From an uncultured candidate division Zixibacteria bacterium (GTDB taxonomy: Bacteria; Zixibacteria; MSB-5A5; GN15; FEB-12), in assembly GCA_963806185.1 (NCBI GenBank), contig CAWDXE010000007.1, positions 800,001-864,000 on the forward strand: 64,000 nt of DNA, read 5' to 3'. This document shows, in pieces, positions 1-9,055 of the stretch; position 1 is the first letter of the stretch; each line of letters opens with the position of its first letter. The notes under the pieces were generated by a model that saw only the letters and a program-made list of their open reading frames with translations, made no database searches and had not been told where the DNA came from. The translations under genes and the position numbers were made by a program.

Positions 1-2
1 TC

Positions 3-596
3 GCCTTTGAGAAATTCAATTGTGCCGGCGTGGGAGGGAGACTCCTGCCGATGTTCACGCCGGCTCCGCCCAAATGGTACCGCTCCGATATCCCCTTCCC
101 GTATCGTTTTGACTTTGGCGACCAGCCGACAGCTCTCACCGCCCCGCCCTTCGGTGCCAACATGGCTTACCGGCGTGATGCTTTCGTGAAATACGGCTTG
201 TTCCGCACTGATCTCGGCTCGACCCCCGACAATCCAGCCGGCAAAGGAGTGGATTCCGAATTTGGTCGCCGACTCATGGCCGGTGGGGAGAAGATCATGT
301 ACGCGCCCGATGCGCTCCTCTACCATCCGCTCGATGCTCGCTTGATTACCCCCGCCTTCATGCACAAGTGGTATTACCAGTACGGCCGTTCGCAGGTGCT
401 CAGGCAGTCAGCCGACCTGGCGGGTGTCCGCTGGTTCGGTATTCGCCGCCACCTGATTCGATCGCTGGTATCCAATTGGCTGAAGGGGAAATTGCTGTTT
501 GACCCCGCCGAGCGTTACCTCCGCGAGATGGACGTCTATCGTACGCTGGGGATTATTGCCGAAGAACGCGAGCAGGCTCGCGCCGGCAAATCGTGA
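3..596 (+). CDS. Glycosyltransferase family 2, 5'-truncated by the window edge
   Basis: Frame is open from base 3 (AFEKFNCAGVGGRLLP...). GT2 C-terminal motifs GANMAYRRDAF, GLFRTDLG, G.DSEFGRRL, IMYAPDALLYH. Confidence 0.85.
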   Translation, partial: AFEKFNCAGVGGRLLPMFTPAPPKWYRSDIPFPYRFDFGDQPTALTAPPFGANMAYRRDAFVKYGLFRTDLGSTPDNPAGKGVDSEFGRRLMAGGEKIMYAPDALLYHPLDARLITPAFMHKWYYQYGRSQVLRQSADLAGVRWFGIRRHLIRSLVSNWLKGKLLFDPAERYLREMDVYRTLGIIAEEREQARAGKS

Positions 597-621
597 GTAT
601 CAGGATGAGCGCTGTGCCGTG

Positions 622-1857
622 TCAGGCGCTGAGCAGGTCAATGACCGAGCGCTGCGAAAGAGCTTCCTGCGTATCCGCAAATCGACTCACGTATTCAGGA
701 CCAAGATTCCGGCACATTGCCTCTGCCACCGTCGCTGCCAGGGTATGCCAATCATACGCCCGGGCCGTCTCGCGACGTTGCGCCACCAGGTTGGGCTCTC
801 GCATCTCCGGGCGCTGGGCGAATTCCAGGGCTTCGATCCACCCGTCGACTCCGTCTGCAATCGTGAGCACGTTTGAAAACTCCATCGCTGCCGGAATCGG
901 TGAACTGACCACCGGAAGACCGGTCGCAAGATACTCGTGCATCTTGAGCGGATAGATGTACTTGGTGTAATTGTTCCGCTTGTAACCCATCAGACAGACG
1001 TCAAAATGCTGACAATACGCCGGCAGATCATCCACCGCTTTGGGTCCCATGTAGTGGACATTGGGCAGCGAGAAGAGCGCATTCACCACCGACATCTGAT
1101 CTCCTACCGCACCGATGGGCCCCACAAAAACATACTGCCATTCCGGCTTTGCTCTGGCCAGCTCGAGGTGCATGTTCAGGTCCATGTGACTCTTGATGTA
1201 CCCGATATATCCCATTCGCGGATGAGGGATGTCGCGCATATCCTCCGGTTCCTCGCGCGGGGTCGCGTATGCCCCGAAGTCAACCCCGTTCGGCACTCTA
1301 ATACTGCTCTGGTTCAGGTACCCCTTCTTGATCATCAGATTGTTTGAATGGATGAACACCTGGTTGACCCGCTTTATAATCCCTATCTCCACGGGATCAT
1401 TCGGCGGATCATCCGGCAAGAAGGAATACTCGTCGTCAATATGATAACAACTGATGTCATACCTGGCGTGATCCAAAGTCGAGACGTAATCCGGATGCCA
1501 GAGATACAGCACCCATTTCCGAATTTTGATCGGACGAATCGCATATCGTGCCTGGGTAAGGCGTATCCGCTCAAAAAGCTCTGAAGCAAAATGGGGTCGA
1601 TACACCTTGGGGAAAAGCGAGCTCGGTGTGTACTCGACCAGCCCGCCCAACCTGCGTTCCGCCCGGTACCAGGGGGCGAAGCGATGATCTCTGACCACCC
1701 GCCGCCACTCCGGCACGGGACCGTACCAGACGATATGAAAGTACTCCGAAAGGGCGGTGAGTAAATGATGCCGCGTCTGGCGCGGATTGGCCCAGCGGTC
1801 TGGGACAACGGCCATGACGCCGACCTCAGGGATGAGCGGAGCCCGGTCAATTTTCAC
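622..1857 (-). CDS. Glycosyltransferase family 4 (GT-B, TuaH-like)
   Basis: RQTRHHL at the N-terminus, VPNGVDF, MGYIGYI, HYMGPK, YPLKMHEYLATGLPVVSS. Confidence 0.88.
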   Translation of the reverse strand: MKIDRAPLIPEVGVMAVVPDRWANPRQTRHHLLTALSEYFHIVWYGPVPEWRRVVRDHRFAPWYRAERRLGGLVEYTPSSLFPKVYRPHFASELFERIRLTQARYAIRPIKIRKWVLYLWHPDYVSTLDHARYDISCYHIDDEYSFLPDDPPNDPVEIGIIKRVNQVFIHSNNLMIKKGYLNQSSIRVPNGVDFGAYATPREEPEDMRDIPHPRMGYIGYIKSHMDLNMHLELARAKPEWQYVFVGPIGAVGDQMSVVNALFSLPNVHYMGPKAVDDLPAYCQHFDVCLMGYKRNNYTKYIYPLKMHEYLATGLPVVSSPIPAAMEFSNVLTIADGVDGWIEALEFAQRPEMREPNLVAQRRETARAYDWHTLAATVAEAMCRNLGPEYVSRFADTQEALSQRSVIDLLSA

Positions 1858-2172
1858 TATTTGCTCGAACTTTCCATATTCCTACTCAGTATCGGCACGT
1901 TTTCGTTTTGGTAAAGATAACCCTGGTATTCCATGATACCATCGCCAAACGCCCATGCCGGATAGCCTAAAGCTCGCTTTGACACGACTTTTCTTCATTT
2001 CCCAGGTCCTTGAGATTTGCACTTGGCCGTATTGGTAGCCGGGGGATGACGCCGGATGATTGGCAGTTGCTGGACGGACGAAAAGTTCGGGACTTCGTGA
2101 CAGCCGCCTCTCCAGAGTTATTCGCCTCGCAGGTACAATCGCTTTCTTGTGACTGACGAGCTACACAGTCGG

Positions 2173-2201
2173 ATAATACCGCCTAAGTCACGCCTTGTCA
2201 A
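2173..2201 (-). promoter_or_regulatory. Sigma70-type promoter upstream of the GT4 gene
   Basis: Minus strand reads TTGACA-N17-TATTAT, implying a leader of about 300 nt. Confidence 0.5.
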
Positions 2202-2314
2202 GGTGTTGCCCGCCCGATGCTAGGGCGCAAGCCGCCTGTCCGAATTTGGACCAGCCACGAAACACAACCCGGCCCTGTCTCGTCCACTTCATGATCGCCA
2301 CGGCCGCCTCCTCG

Positions 2315-2665
2315 TTACTTGCGGTTTCGCTTTGACCAAAAGTCAAAGGACCGACCCGGCACGAAAATGTCCAATCCCACCGACGGAACCGCCAGCGGAT
2401 TCGTCACCACGTGCGTCTCGTTCCCCGGAATATACACCGCGTCGCCCGGTCCAAGTTCCCGCTTGTCGGTATCCGTTGTCACGACTATTTTGCCCTCGAG
2501 TACCACCAACACCTGAGCGTTGACGTGTTCATGTTTGGGCGAGGCGTGACCCGCCGGCTTGACAAAGTGCTCAATCGAAATGTCCGGCTGACTGCAAAGG
2601 CTTGATCGGCGCCAGTCTTTCTCCGGCTCATACTTCTCGGCTTGATCGAATCGTATCACGTGCAC
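2315..2665 (-). CDS. Cupin domain protein
   Basis: Cupin motifs PKHEH...QVLVVLEG and LGPGDAVYIPGNETH. Confidence 0.9.
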   Translation of the reverse strand: MHVIRFDQAEKYEPEKDWRRSSLCSQPDISIEHFVKPAGHASPKHEHVNAQVLVVLEGKIVVTTDTDKRELGPGDAVYIPGNETHVVTNPLAVPSVGLDIFVPGRSFDFWSKRNRK

Positions 2666-2736
2666 AGGCGCGCTCCTTTCATGTATCAGATCATGGTAAA
2701 CAAGGAGGGGTAATAGCGCAAATTCAATGCGCTGCT

Positions 2737-4293
2737 TTAGAGCGAATTTCCGGCCACCGAGAGCCGGGTCGATAGAACCGAACTGTCAGCCGCCGTGCCA
2801 AGCTGATGTAGGCGATAGATATTGAACTTGCCGAAGGTCGATTGCTTCTGCAGGTAGCGGCTGATTTCCGGTCGCCCCTCCAGCGTGCGCGAATCCGAAA
2901 TCAGATAGCGCGCCCCGCGCTCCAGCATATTCTCGAACTTATCCGTCGACACGTCCGCGGTTGTCGACCACCCCTTGCGGTGCATGAAGTACAAATCGAT
3001 GCTGGGCGATTGGTCCTCGGCGGCAATCACCAGTTCCGCCCTGTCGGGTATCACCTTGTCGAGGTGCGCCTCTATGCCCAGCAGATCGGCGTTAATTGGT
3101 GACCAATGAAATCGGGGAAGCGCATTCGCACACCCGGCGACCGGCACCGCCAGGAGGAGAACTGCTACCATGGCCTGTAGAGCGCGGGATCTCGACGACC
3201 ATTCCAGTGCAAACCGAACGCCCATCGTCCCAAGCACGACCAACGGCACCAGCGTCGTGGTCAGGTAGTATTCGTGATGCTCGAACATCGGCAACATTGA
3301 TGACATGAAGGCCAGGAGCGGCACCGTACTGAGTACCAGAAATTCAACAGCACTGGCCACTCGAATGCGAAGCAGGGAAAACGCCCCCACCACCAGTAGC
3401 ACGGTCTCCGCTCGATTGACCACAAATCCCGGCATCCATTTTACGAACACGTCCTGCAGCCGGGGGAGAATAATCGCCGTGCCGTACGGCAGCACGGCGC
3501 CCAGCACAAAATCCTCGTTGCCATAGGTGATATTCAGGTAGCGGGCGTAGACATACCAGCTTGCCACAATTCCGCACGCCGCGCCCGACGCCAGCACCAT
3601 GCGTAAACGTGTCGAACGAGACTGCGGTGACTTCACGATATCAAAGAGGTACCACAATACCACAATGATGCCGGTAATCTTTATCAGCGCTGATATCGCT
3701 AGAAATACCAGCGCCCAGACGGCGTACCGCCCGCGATTGACCGTCTTACCGATCTGCCAGCAGGCGAGCGATACGAACAACAGACAAAGTGCCGGGACAT
3801 CCGGCAGCGCCGTGATCGAATAGTACAGGAAAAGCGGACTGAAAATAAGAAAGACGGCGGCGACAAAGCCCATCACTTTCGAGCCCATGAGATAACGCAC
3901 AAATTGAAAGCAGCCGACGATGCCCGTGAAACTGAGAAGTAGCATTACTACCCGCGACAGGGTGTGACTGAATCCAAAAACAGCGTACCCCTGCGCAATG
4001 ATATAATTTACCACCGGGAATTCCATCCCCGCAATTCCCGTCAGATTTCCCCGGGAATCTACGCGCGGCTGAAAGATACTGCCGCCCTCTTCATAGAAAT
4101 TACGAGCCACCGACAACGTCTGCGTCTGCCTCCAGACATGACGACCGGTCGGCGGTAGGGTCACGTAGGGGAGATGTACCAGAATCTGACTCAGTAACAA
4201 AACGGCGACCAGACTGAAAGTTCGGCGCGCTTCCAGCCAGTTGATGATTTGCCCCATTATCCCGGAAATAGCGGTCTGCCCGGTCGCTTGCAT
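2737..4293 (-). CDS. Integral-membrane glycosyltransferase, GT39/ArnT (PMT-like)
   Basis: HVWRQTQTLSVARNF, MEFP, many TM helices, PDVPAL and LIK motifs. Confidence 0.8.
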   Translation of the reverse strand: MQATGQTAISGIMGQIINWLEARRTFSLVAVLLLSQILVHLPYVTLPPTGRHVWRQTQTLSVARNFYEEGGSIFQPRVDSRGNLTGIAGMEFPVVNYIIAQGYAVFGFSHTLSRVVMLLLSFTGIVGCFQFVRYLMGSKVMGFVAAVFLIFSPLFLYYSITALPDVPALCLLFVSLACWQIGKTVNRGRYAVWALVFLAISALIKITGIIVVLWYLFDIVKSPQSRSTRLRMVLASGAACGIVASWYVYARYLNITYGNEDFVLGAVLPYGTAIILPRLQDVFVKWMPGFVVNRAETVLLVVGAFSLLRIRVASAVEFLVLSTVPLLAFMSSMLPMFEHHEYYLTTTLVPLVVLGTMGVRFALEWSSRSRALQAMVAVLLLAVPVAGCANALPRFHWSPINADLLGIEAHLDKVIPDRAELVIAAEDQSPSIDLYFMHRKGWSTTADVSTDKFENMLERGARYLISDSRTLEGRPEISRYLQKQSTFGKFNIYRLHQLGTAADSSVLSTRLSVAGNSL

Positions 4294-4434
4294 TATTCGT
4301 CTTCCTGTAGAGGGAGTGCGTAGATCGTTATTATCTATATATATGTCAGGCTGGTCGGAAAGTCAACTGGTGAACGGCCAACCCAATTGACTACTATGAC
4401 AGGGCTGTGATTTAGTGTAGATTGAGATATGTGC

Positions 4435-5811
4435 CTAGCGCGCCGACGACGACAGCACCGAGTCGGGGGAGAGGCAATCGACGGCCAGTACCCAATCCCC
4501 TTCAAACGGCGGCGTAATGGTCTGCACAACTTTCCGAGACCGAACGGTTTTTGATGACATGCCGCTGCCGGGGTTGATCCAGGTGACCAGCACCGAGTCA
4601 CCCTTCACACACGATGGACTTATTGTAATGGAGCGTTGCGTCGGTACATACCCAAGGATGCCGCTCGAATCAGCCGCATAGGCCAACGTGGCTGGGTCGT
4701 CGGCCGATCCCTCTCCGGCCGTCAGCACTTTTCCAGTCAGGTCCGGCACCAAAGTCCACCAATGGCGTTGGGTCATCACCGACTTGAATACTGACATCGC
4801 CATCGAGCTCCGGCTCCGCAGTGAGGCCCGCCAGTTGTACTGGTCGCCCGGAGGACGCAACTCGCATAGGTCATAACCAAACCACCAGATCGGACAATTG
4901 CCCATGATCGCGCCGACAGCACCCCTCATGGCCGGCCACCAGACTTGCTTGTGATGCCGCAGATCACTCCAGCGGTGCAGTCCCCATTCGCCGTTCTCGT
5001 AGAGCCCCTCAATTTGAAACACAGGGCGTACCGTTTCCAGCGCATAGGCAGCAGTGGTGAGCGTCACATTCTCCAACTCACGATAGGTGTAGATGCCGCG
5101 CAGGTCGATCCAGTTCCCGGGGAATTGCTCGTCGATTGGCTTGACGTCGTCCCCGTGCGCAGTATACAAACGCGCAGAATTGGTGTCCGTGGCCTTCAGC
5201 GCCATCACCAGCGTATCTATCTTGTCACTTAATTGAGCATCCCGAGGATCCTGATCCCCGCCGATCAGCCAAATGATGTTCTTTCCCCCCCGGTAGTGTT
5301 CCCCCAGCCATTCTCCCCATGCCCGAATATCTGCGCTCTTTGCACCGCGAATCTCCGCACAAAATCCGTCCCTGCCGCTGCCTGCTTTGGGCGTACATCC
5401 GGCGCCGATATACATGGGTGCCAACAGTACCGCGATCCCTAGTTCGCCCGCCCGATCAATCATCGAATCGGCGAGAGCAAAGTAAGCCGGGTTGGGGGTC
5501 GCGAAACACCTCCCGGTAAACGGAGATACATTATATGTGTTGTTGGGAGCCGAAAACGCAAACCGATGCTCGATCAGATTTACGATGACTACGTTGAATC
5601 CCCGATTCGCCCGATCCGTCAGATAGATATCAGCCTGACGGTACGTCAACTGGGTTGTCAGTGACCAGGCCGCGTCGCCCACCATCAGGAATGGCTCACC
5701 CCTGTTGTCCTCCAGATAGCGGCCGTTCGCACTCACACGGAGCGGGAACTCGTCCGCCGCCACCGTCGTGGCAGCCAGAATCAACAGCACTAAGATCGGC
5801 CTGATCATCAT
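4435..5811 (-). CDS. Secreted DUF4038 (GH140 apiosidase-like TIM barrel) protein with C-terminal beta domain
   Basis: Signal peptide; LRVSANGRYL...GEPFLMVGDAAWSL, RANRGFNV, NIIWLIGGD, EGLYE; C-terminal WINP...GDWVL. Confidence 0.75.
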   Translation of the reverse strand: MMIRPILVLLILAATTVAADEFPLRVSANGRYLEDNRGEPFLMVGDAAWSLTTQLTYRQADIYLTDRANRGFNVVIVNLIEHRFAFSAPNNTYNVSPFTGRCFATPNPAYFALADSMIDRAGELGIAVLLAPMYIGAGCTPKAGSGRDGFCAEIRGAKSADIRAWGEWLGEHYRGGKNIIWLIGGDQDPRDAQLSDKIDTLVMALKATDTNSARLYTAHGDDVKPIDEQFPGNWIDLRGIYTYRELENVTLTTAAYALETVRPVFQIEGLYENGEWGLHRWSDLRHHKQVWWPAMRGAVGAIMGNCPIWWFGYDLCELRPPGDQYNWRASLRSRSSMAMSVFKSVMTQRHWWTLVPDLTGKVLTAGEGSADDPATLAYAADSSGILGYVPTQRSITISPSCVKGDSVLVTWINPGSGMSSKTVRSRKVVQTITPPFEGDWVLAVDCLSPDSVLSSSAR

Positions 5812-5883
5812 TCACTATAATACAACAGGCAACGGTCGTCGGGCTAGTTGATTTGTAGATCTCACCGTCCGAAGACACTGAGG

Positions 5884-7482
5884 TTATTGCATGATGAGTA
5901 TGTCAATCCGCCGGTTCTTAGCCCTTCCTTCCGGTGTACTTTGCGAGGCGATCGGCTTCTCGGATCCATACCCTATCGCCCGAATTCTGTCCGACGGTAT
6001 ATTCATAGTTTGGCGCAGATATTGCATGACTGCAAACGCTCGCTTCTCCGACAACTGTGTATTGGCCGCCGGCTCGCCCCGATCGTCGGTATGCCCCTCA
6101 ATCACCAACGGTGACTCGGGGAAGAGGCCGATGATTTGCTTCACCTTTTCAAGCAAGGGCAACTGCTGATCGACTATCTCGCTCTTGCCCGCCGCAAACG
6201 ACAGCCCGGACAATCGCAAGACGATGTCATTGGAGGCGTTGACGATCATCTCGCCCTGCGTCGGGTCAATCATCGACTTCGCCGTAATGAGCCGTTGTTC
6301 GCGCTCTTCCTTGGATTGCAGCGCGGTAGTCACTTCACGATGTTCCTCTGAAAGTTGGGTGAGCTTGCTTTGTTCGGCCGCCACCTGTTCGGAGAGGCGG
6401 CTCCGCTCCACCGCGACTCCTGCCGCGATACTGTCGATGGCCTGGAGCATCCCCATTGGACTCTGAATGGTGGTGTCCCCGCCAAGCGCCACCAGCGTCG
6501 ACATAAGGCTCTCCCGAAGCTGCTCGCGCGTGCCTTTCACTTCTTCCATTTCTCTGCCCAGTTTAGCCAGGGAGTCGCGCAACACGTTTACGTCGGCCGA
6601 TGATGACGACCGCAGCGCCTGTATTCCGGAGATCAGCGAGTCGGCGGCTTTTGACGGTCCCAGGTCGAATGGCAGATGATCTATCCCCAGAAGCAGTCCT
6701 GCGCGGTCCATCTGGATTTCATAGAGCAGCATCAACTTCTCCCAAGCCTGATCGTTTCTATTGAGCGACCGAACCGACTGGGAGATATTCGATGCGTGGC
6801 GGGCCTCGTATTCCGCCTCGGTCGCCGTCTTGGTGGCTTCCGTCCGGTTATACCGATTGGCCGTCAATATACCATTCGCCTTCTCGCGGGCCGTTTTGGC
6901 CTTGTCGAGTATGGTCAGGGCATATTTGGGCGCTTCATCCGCTGTGGCAGTGGCGATCAGCTTGTCGGCCGCTCCGAGTACGTCGACCCGAATCGACTCC
7001 ATCTCCGCAACATCGTAGAGAGGCGTCGATTTGGCTGCCTCTTTCAGTCCCCCCTTGACGTCACCGGACTCAACCTTGGCCGCCGCGGCAATGAATTGCG
7101 CCTCCGCTTTGTCGTATAGCGTGGTCACCAGCATAGGTGCCTTGGCGACGCGCGCCTTTGTTCGGGCCGGCAGATATTCTCGTAATGACAACTTGCAGAC
7201 ATCGGTGTTTTTGAGCGCATTTTCGCCGTATTCACGTGCCTTGGCGAAATACCCGGTCACCGTCGAAGCTCCCCGTTTCAAGCTGACCGCCTGCTGCCCC
7301 ATGTCAAACTGCGCCTTCGCTTTCTCGTAAGCCTTGGGGGAGAATATGGGCGCTTCCACTACCTTGAGCGAATCAAGCAACCGCTGCACCTCGGCGCCGT
7401 CAGCGCCGCTTTGTGCCCGGCCGTTATCTGCCAGCACGCACATCGCCAACGTCGCGAGAATAAGCTTGAATCCATTCTTCAT
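5884..7482 (-). CDS. OmpA-family peptidoglycan-binding protein with long helical/coiled-coil N-terminus
   Basis: Signal peptide; C-terminal IEGHTD.RG...N..LSEKRA..V...GYGSEKP...NRRIDI. Confidence 0.88.
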   Translation of the reverse strand: MKNGFKLILATLAMCVLADNGRAQSGADGAEVQRLLDSLKVVEAPIFSPKAYEKAKAQFDMGQQAVSLKRGASTVTGYFAKAREYGENALKNTDVCKLSLREYLPARTKARVAKAPMLVTTLYDKAEAQFIAAAAKVESGDVKGGLKEAAKSTPLYDVAEMESIRVDVLGAADKLIATATADEAPKYALTILDKAKTAREKANGILTANRYNRTEATKTATEAEYEARHASNISQSVRSLNRNDQAWEKLMLLYEIQMDRAGLLLGIDHLPFDLGPSKAADSLISGIQALRSSSSADVNVLRDSLAKLGREMEEVKGTREQLRESLMSTLVALGGDTTIQSPMGMLQAIDSIAAGVAVERSRLSEQVAAEQSKLTQLSEEHREVTTALQSKEEREQRLITAKSMIDPTQGEMIVNASNDIVLRLSGLSFAAGKSEIVDQQLPLLEKVKQIIGLFPESPLVIEGHTDDRGEPAANTQLSEKRAFAVMQYLRQTMNIPSDRIRAIGYGSEKPIASQSTPEGRAKNRRIDILIMQ

Positions 7483-7852
7483 TTGATATTACTCCGGATA
7501 GGCGTGATTGATTTTGTACTGGGAAATTGGGGCCCTTGATCCGGTCACGCAAGCCTAAAACTCGCGCCCCCGGCGACGGCTCGGACGGTCGCAATCGGAG
7601 GATAAACCCCCATCGAGAAACCGACGGGACTCACGAAACCAAGTTCGCATGTTAAGAGTGCCTGTTCACAGCCTCTTAGTACACCCGGACAGGCAACTAA
7701 TTCTGTTGCATTCTGGCGCTATTCGTCTACTTTATTGATAGGGACTATAGGACGTCATCGTCTGCCATATTATGTCAACGCTTCACGGTCACGCATGCAT
7801 CGGATTCTTGACAACACACTGAAGTAACATCCGCCCGCGACGCCACTGAACT

Positions 7853-8401
7853 ATGCCTCAATCTATCGCACAACTCTGGTCAGGCATTCTGGATGGCAAT
7901 CCGCGCTCGTGGGAGGAGATGGTCCGCCGCTTCAATCCGCTGGTTGTCGCCGCCGCTCGGGCTCACGGTCTTGCGGCGGTGGATTTGGAGGATTGTGCCC
8001 AGCAGACCTGGTTGGCCCTCTACACCGGCCGGGCACACATCAATGATCCCCTGGCCATACCGACATGGCTCGTCACCGTCGCCAAACGCAAAGCGCAACG
8101 CCTGCAAATAAGACAGAAGGCCGGAACCACCGCAGAACAGGAATTCAACCCGGAAGCCAACAGCGTCTCACCCGAAGATTTATATGTCAAGGCGCTCGAG
8201 GCGGCACGCCTCCATATCGCCCTCGAGCTGTTGGACAGCCGCTGTGCCCGCCTGCTCAAGCGATTGTTTCTGGCATCGGAAGAATATACGTACCAGGAAA
8301 TTGCCGAAGAATTACGGATCGCGCCCAACAGCCTCGGCCCAATCCGCTCCCGCTGTCTGGCCCGGTTGCGCAAAATCCTGAGTGAACTTGATCACGGATA
8401 G
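7853..8401 (+). CDS. ECF sigma-70 family sigma factor
   Basis: Region 2 DLEDCAQQTWLAL...PTWLVTVAKR; region 4 YQEIAEELRIAPNSLGPIRSRCLARLR. Confidence 0.9.
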   Translation: MPQSIAQLWSGILDGNPRSWEEMVRRFNPLVVAAARAHGLAAVDLEDCAQQTWLALYTGRAHINDPLAIPTWLVTVAKRKAQRLQIRQKAGTTAEQEFNPEANSVSPEDLYVKALEAARLHIALELLDSRCARLLKRLFLASEEYTYQEIAEELRIAPNSLGPIRSRCLARLRKILSELDHG

Positions 8402-8491
8402 TACTAACTCCCTTTGAGCCGGTACTTATTGAATGACTGGCCTGATCGCATACGACGGTCCGAGCCACGCCCGCGAAACGAGACCTGATTT

Positions 8492-9055
8492 ATGACAAAT
8501 GCCACCAAACATCCCTCGAGACAGGCGCTTCACCGTCACCTGCAAGTTGCCGAATCCAGCATCTCCCGGCATCTGAAAAGTTGCGAAGACTGCCGACTAA
8601 TTGTCCACTCAATGCGCCACCTTATGGCTGTTGACGATCAGGCGGCCGACCGGGCCCGCCGGGAGTCTCTGGTGCAAAGCATCTTGAGTGTGCCGGCACT
8701 CTCCGCTCCTCCGGCAGGCCGCCCGCGCCTCGCTCCAATTGTGCGGGATTCGTGGCAATCCGCCATGGTTGCCCAATTGCGTCACGCCGCTCACGGGGTA
8801 GAAAGACGCCTGAGATTCCACGTCGGCGACATTACCGTCGACCTCGTCGCCGATCGTCTCGGCGACAAGTGGAACTGCTCTATGCGCATCAGCCGCCGGG
8901 GACGGTCCGTCTCTCAATTCGCGGCCAGCCTCGGCAAGCGGAAGATGCTGCCGGTCGACGTCGGCTTCTTCTCCTGGGTGGCCAAACGCCCGCCTAAGCA
9001 AATTCGACTATGGTCTTCCGATTCGAAAATCCTCCTGGAGACCATACCGTGGTAG
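8492..9055 (+). CDS. Putative soluble zinc-binding anti-sigma factor
   Basis: N-terminal H...HLKSCEDC (ZAS-like HxxxCxxC); no TM helix; directly downstream of the sigma gene; beta-rich C-terminal part. Confidence 0.6.
   Translation: MTNATKHPSRQALHRHLQVAESSISRHLKSCEDCRLIVHSMRHLMAVDDQAADRARRESLVQSILSVPALSAPPAGRPRLAPIVRDSWQSAMVAQLRHAAHGVERRLRFHVGDITVDLVADRLGDKWNCSMRISRRGRSVSQFAASLGKRKMLPVDVGFFSWVAKRPPKQIRLWSSDSKILLETIPW

Noticed and set aside
1857..1890. Six-codon leader peptide (MESSSK) upstream of GT4
   Set aside because: The ATG at 1877 has a good RBS but is one base out of frame with the GT4 ORF; an indel error hiding the true start is at least as likely.
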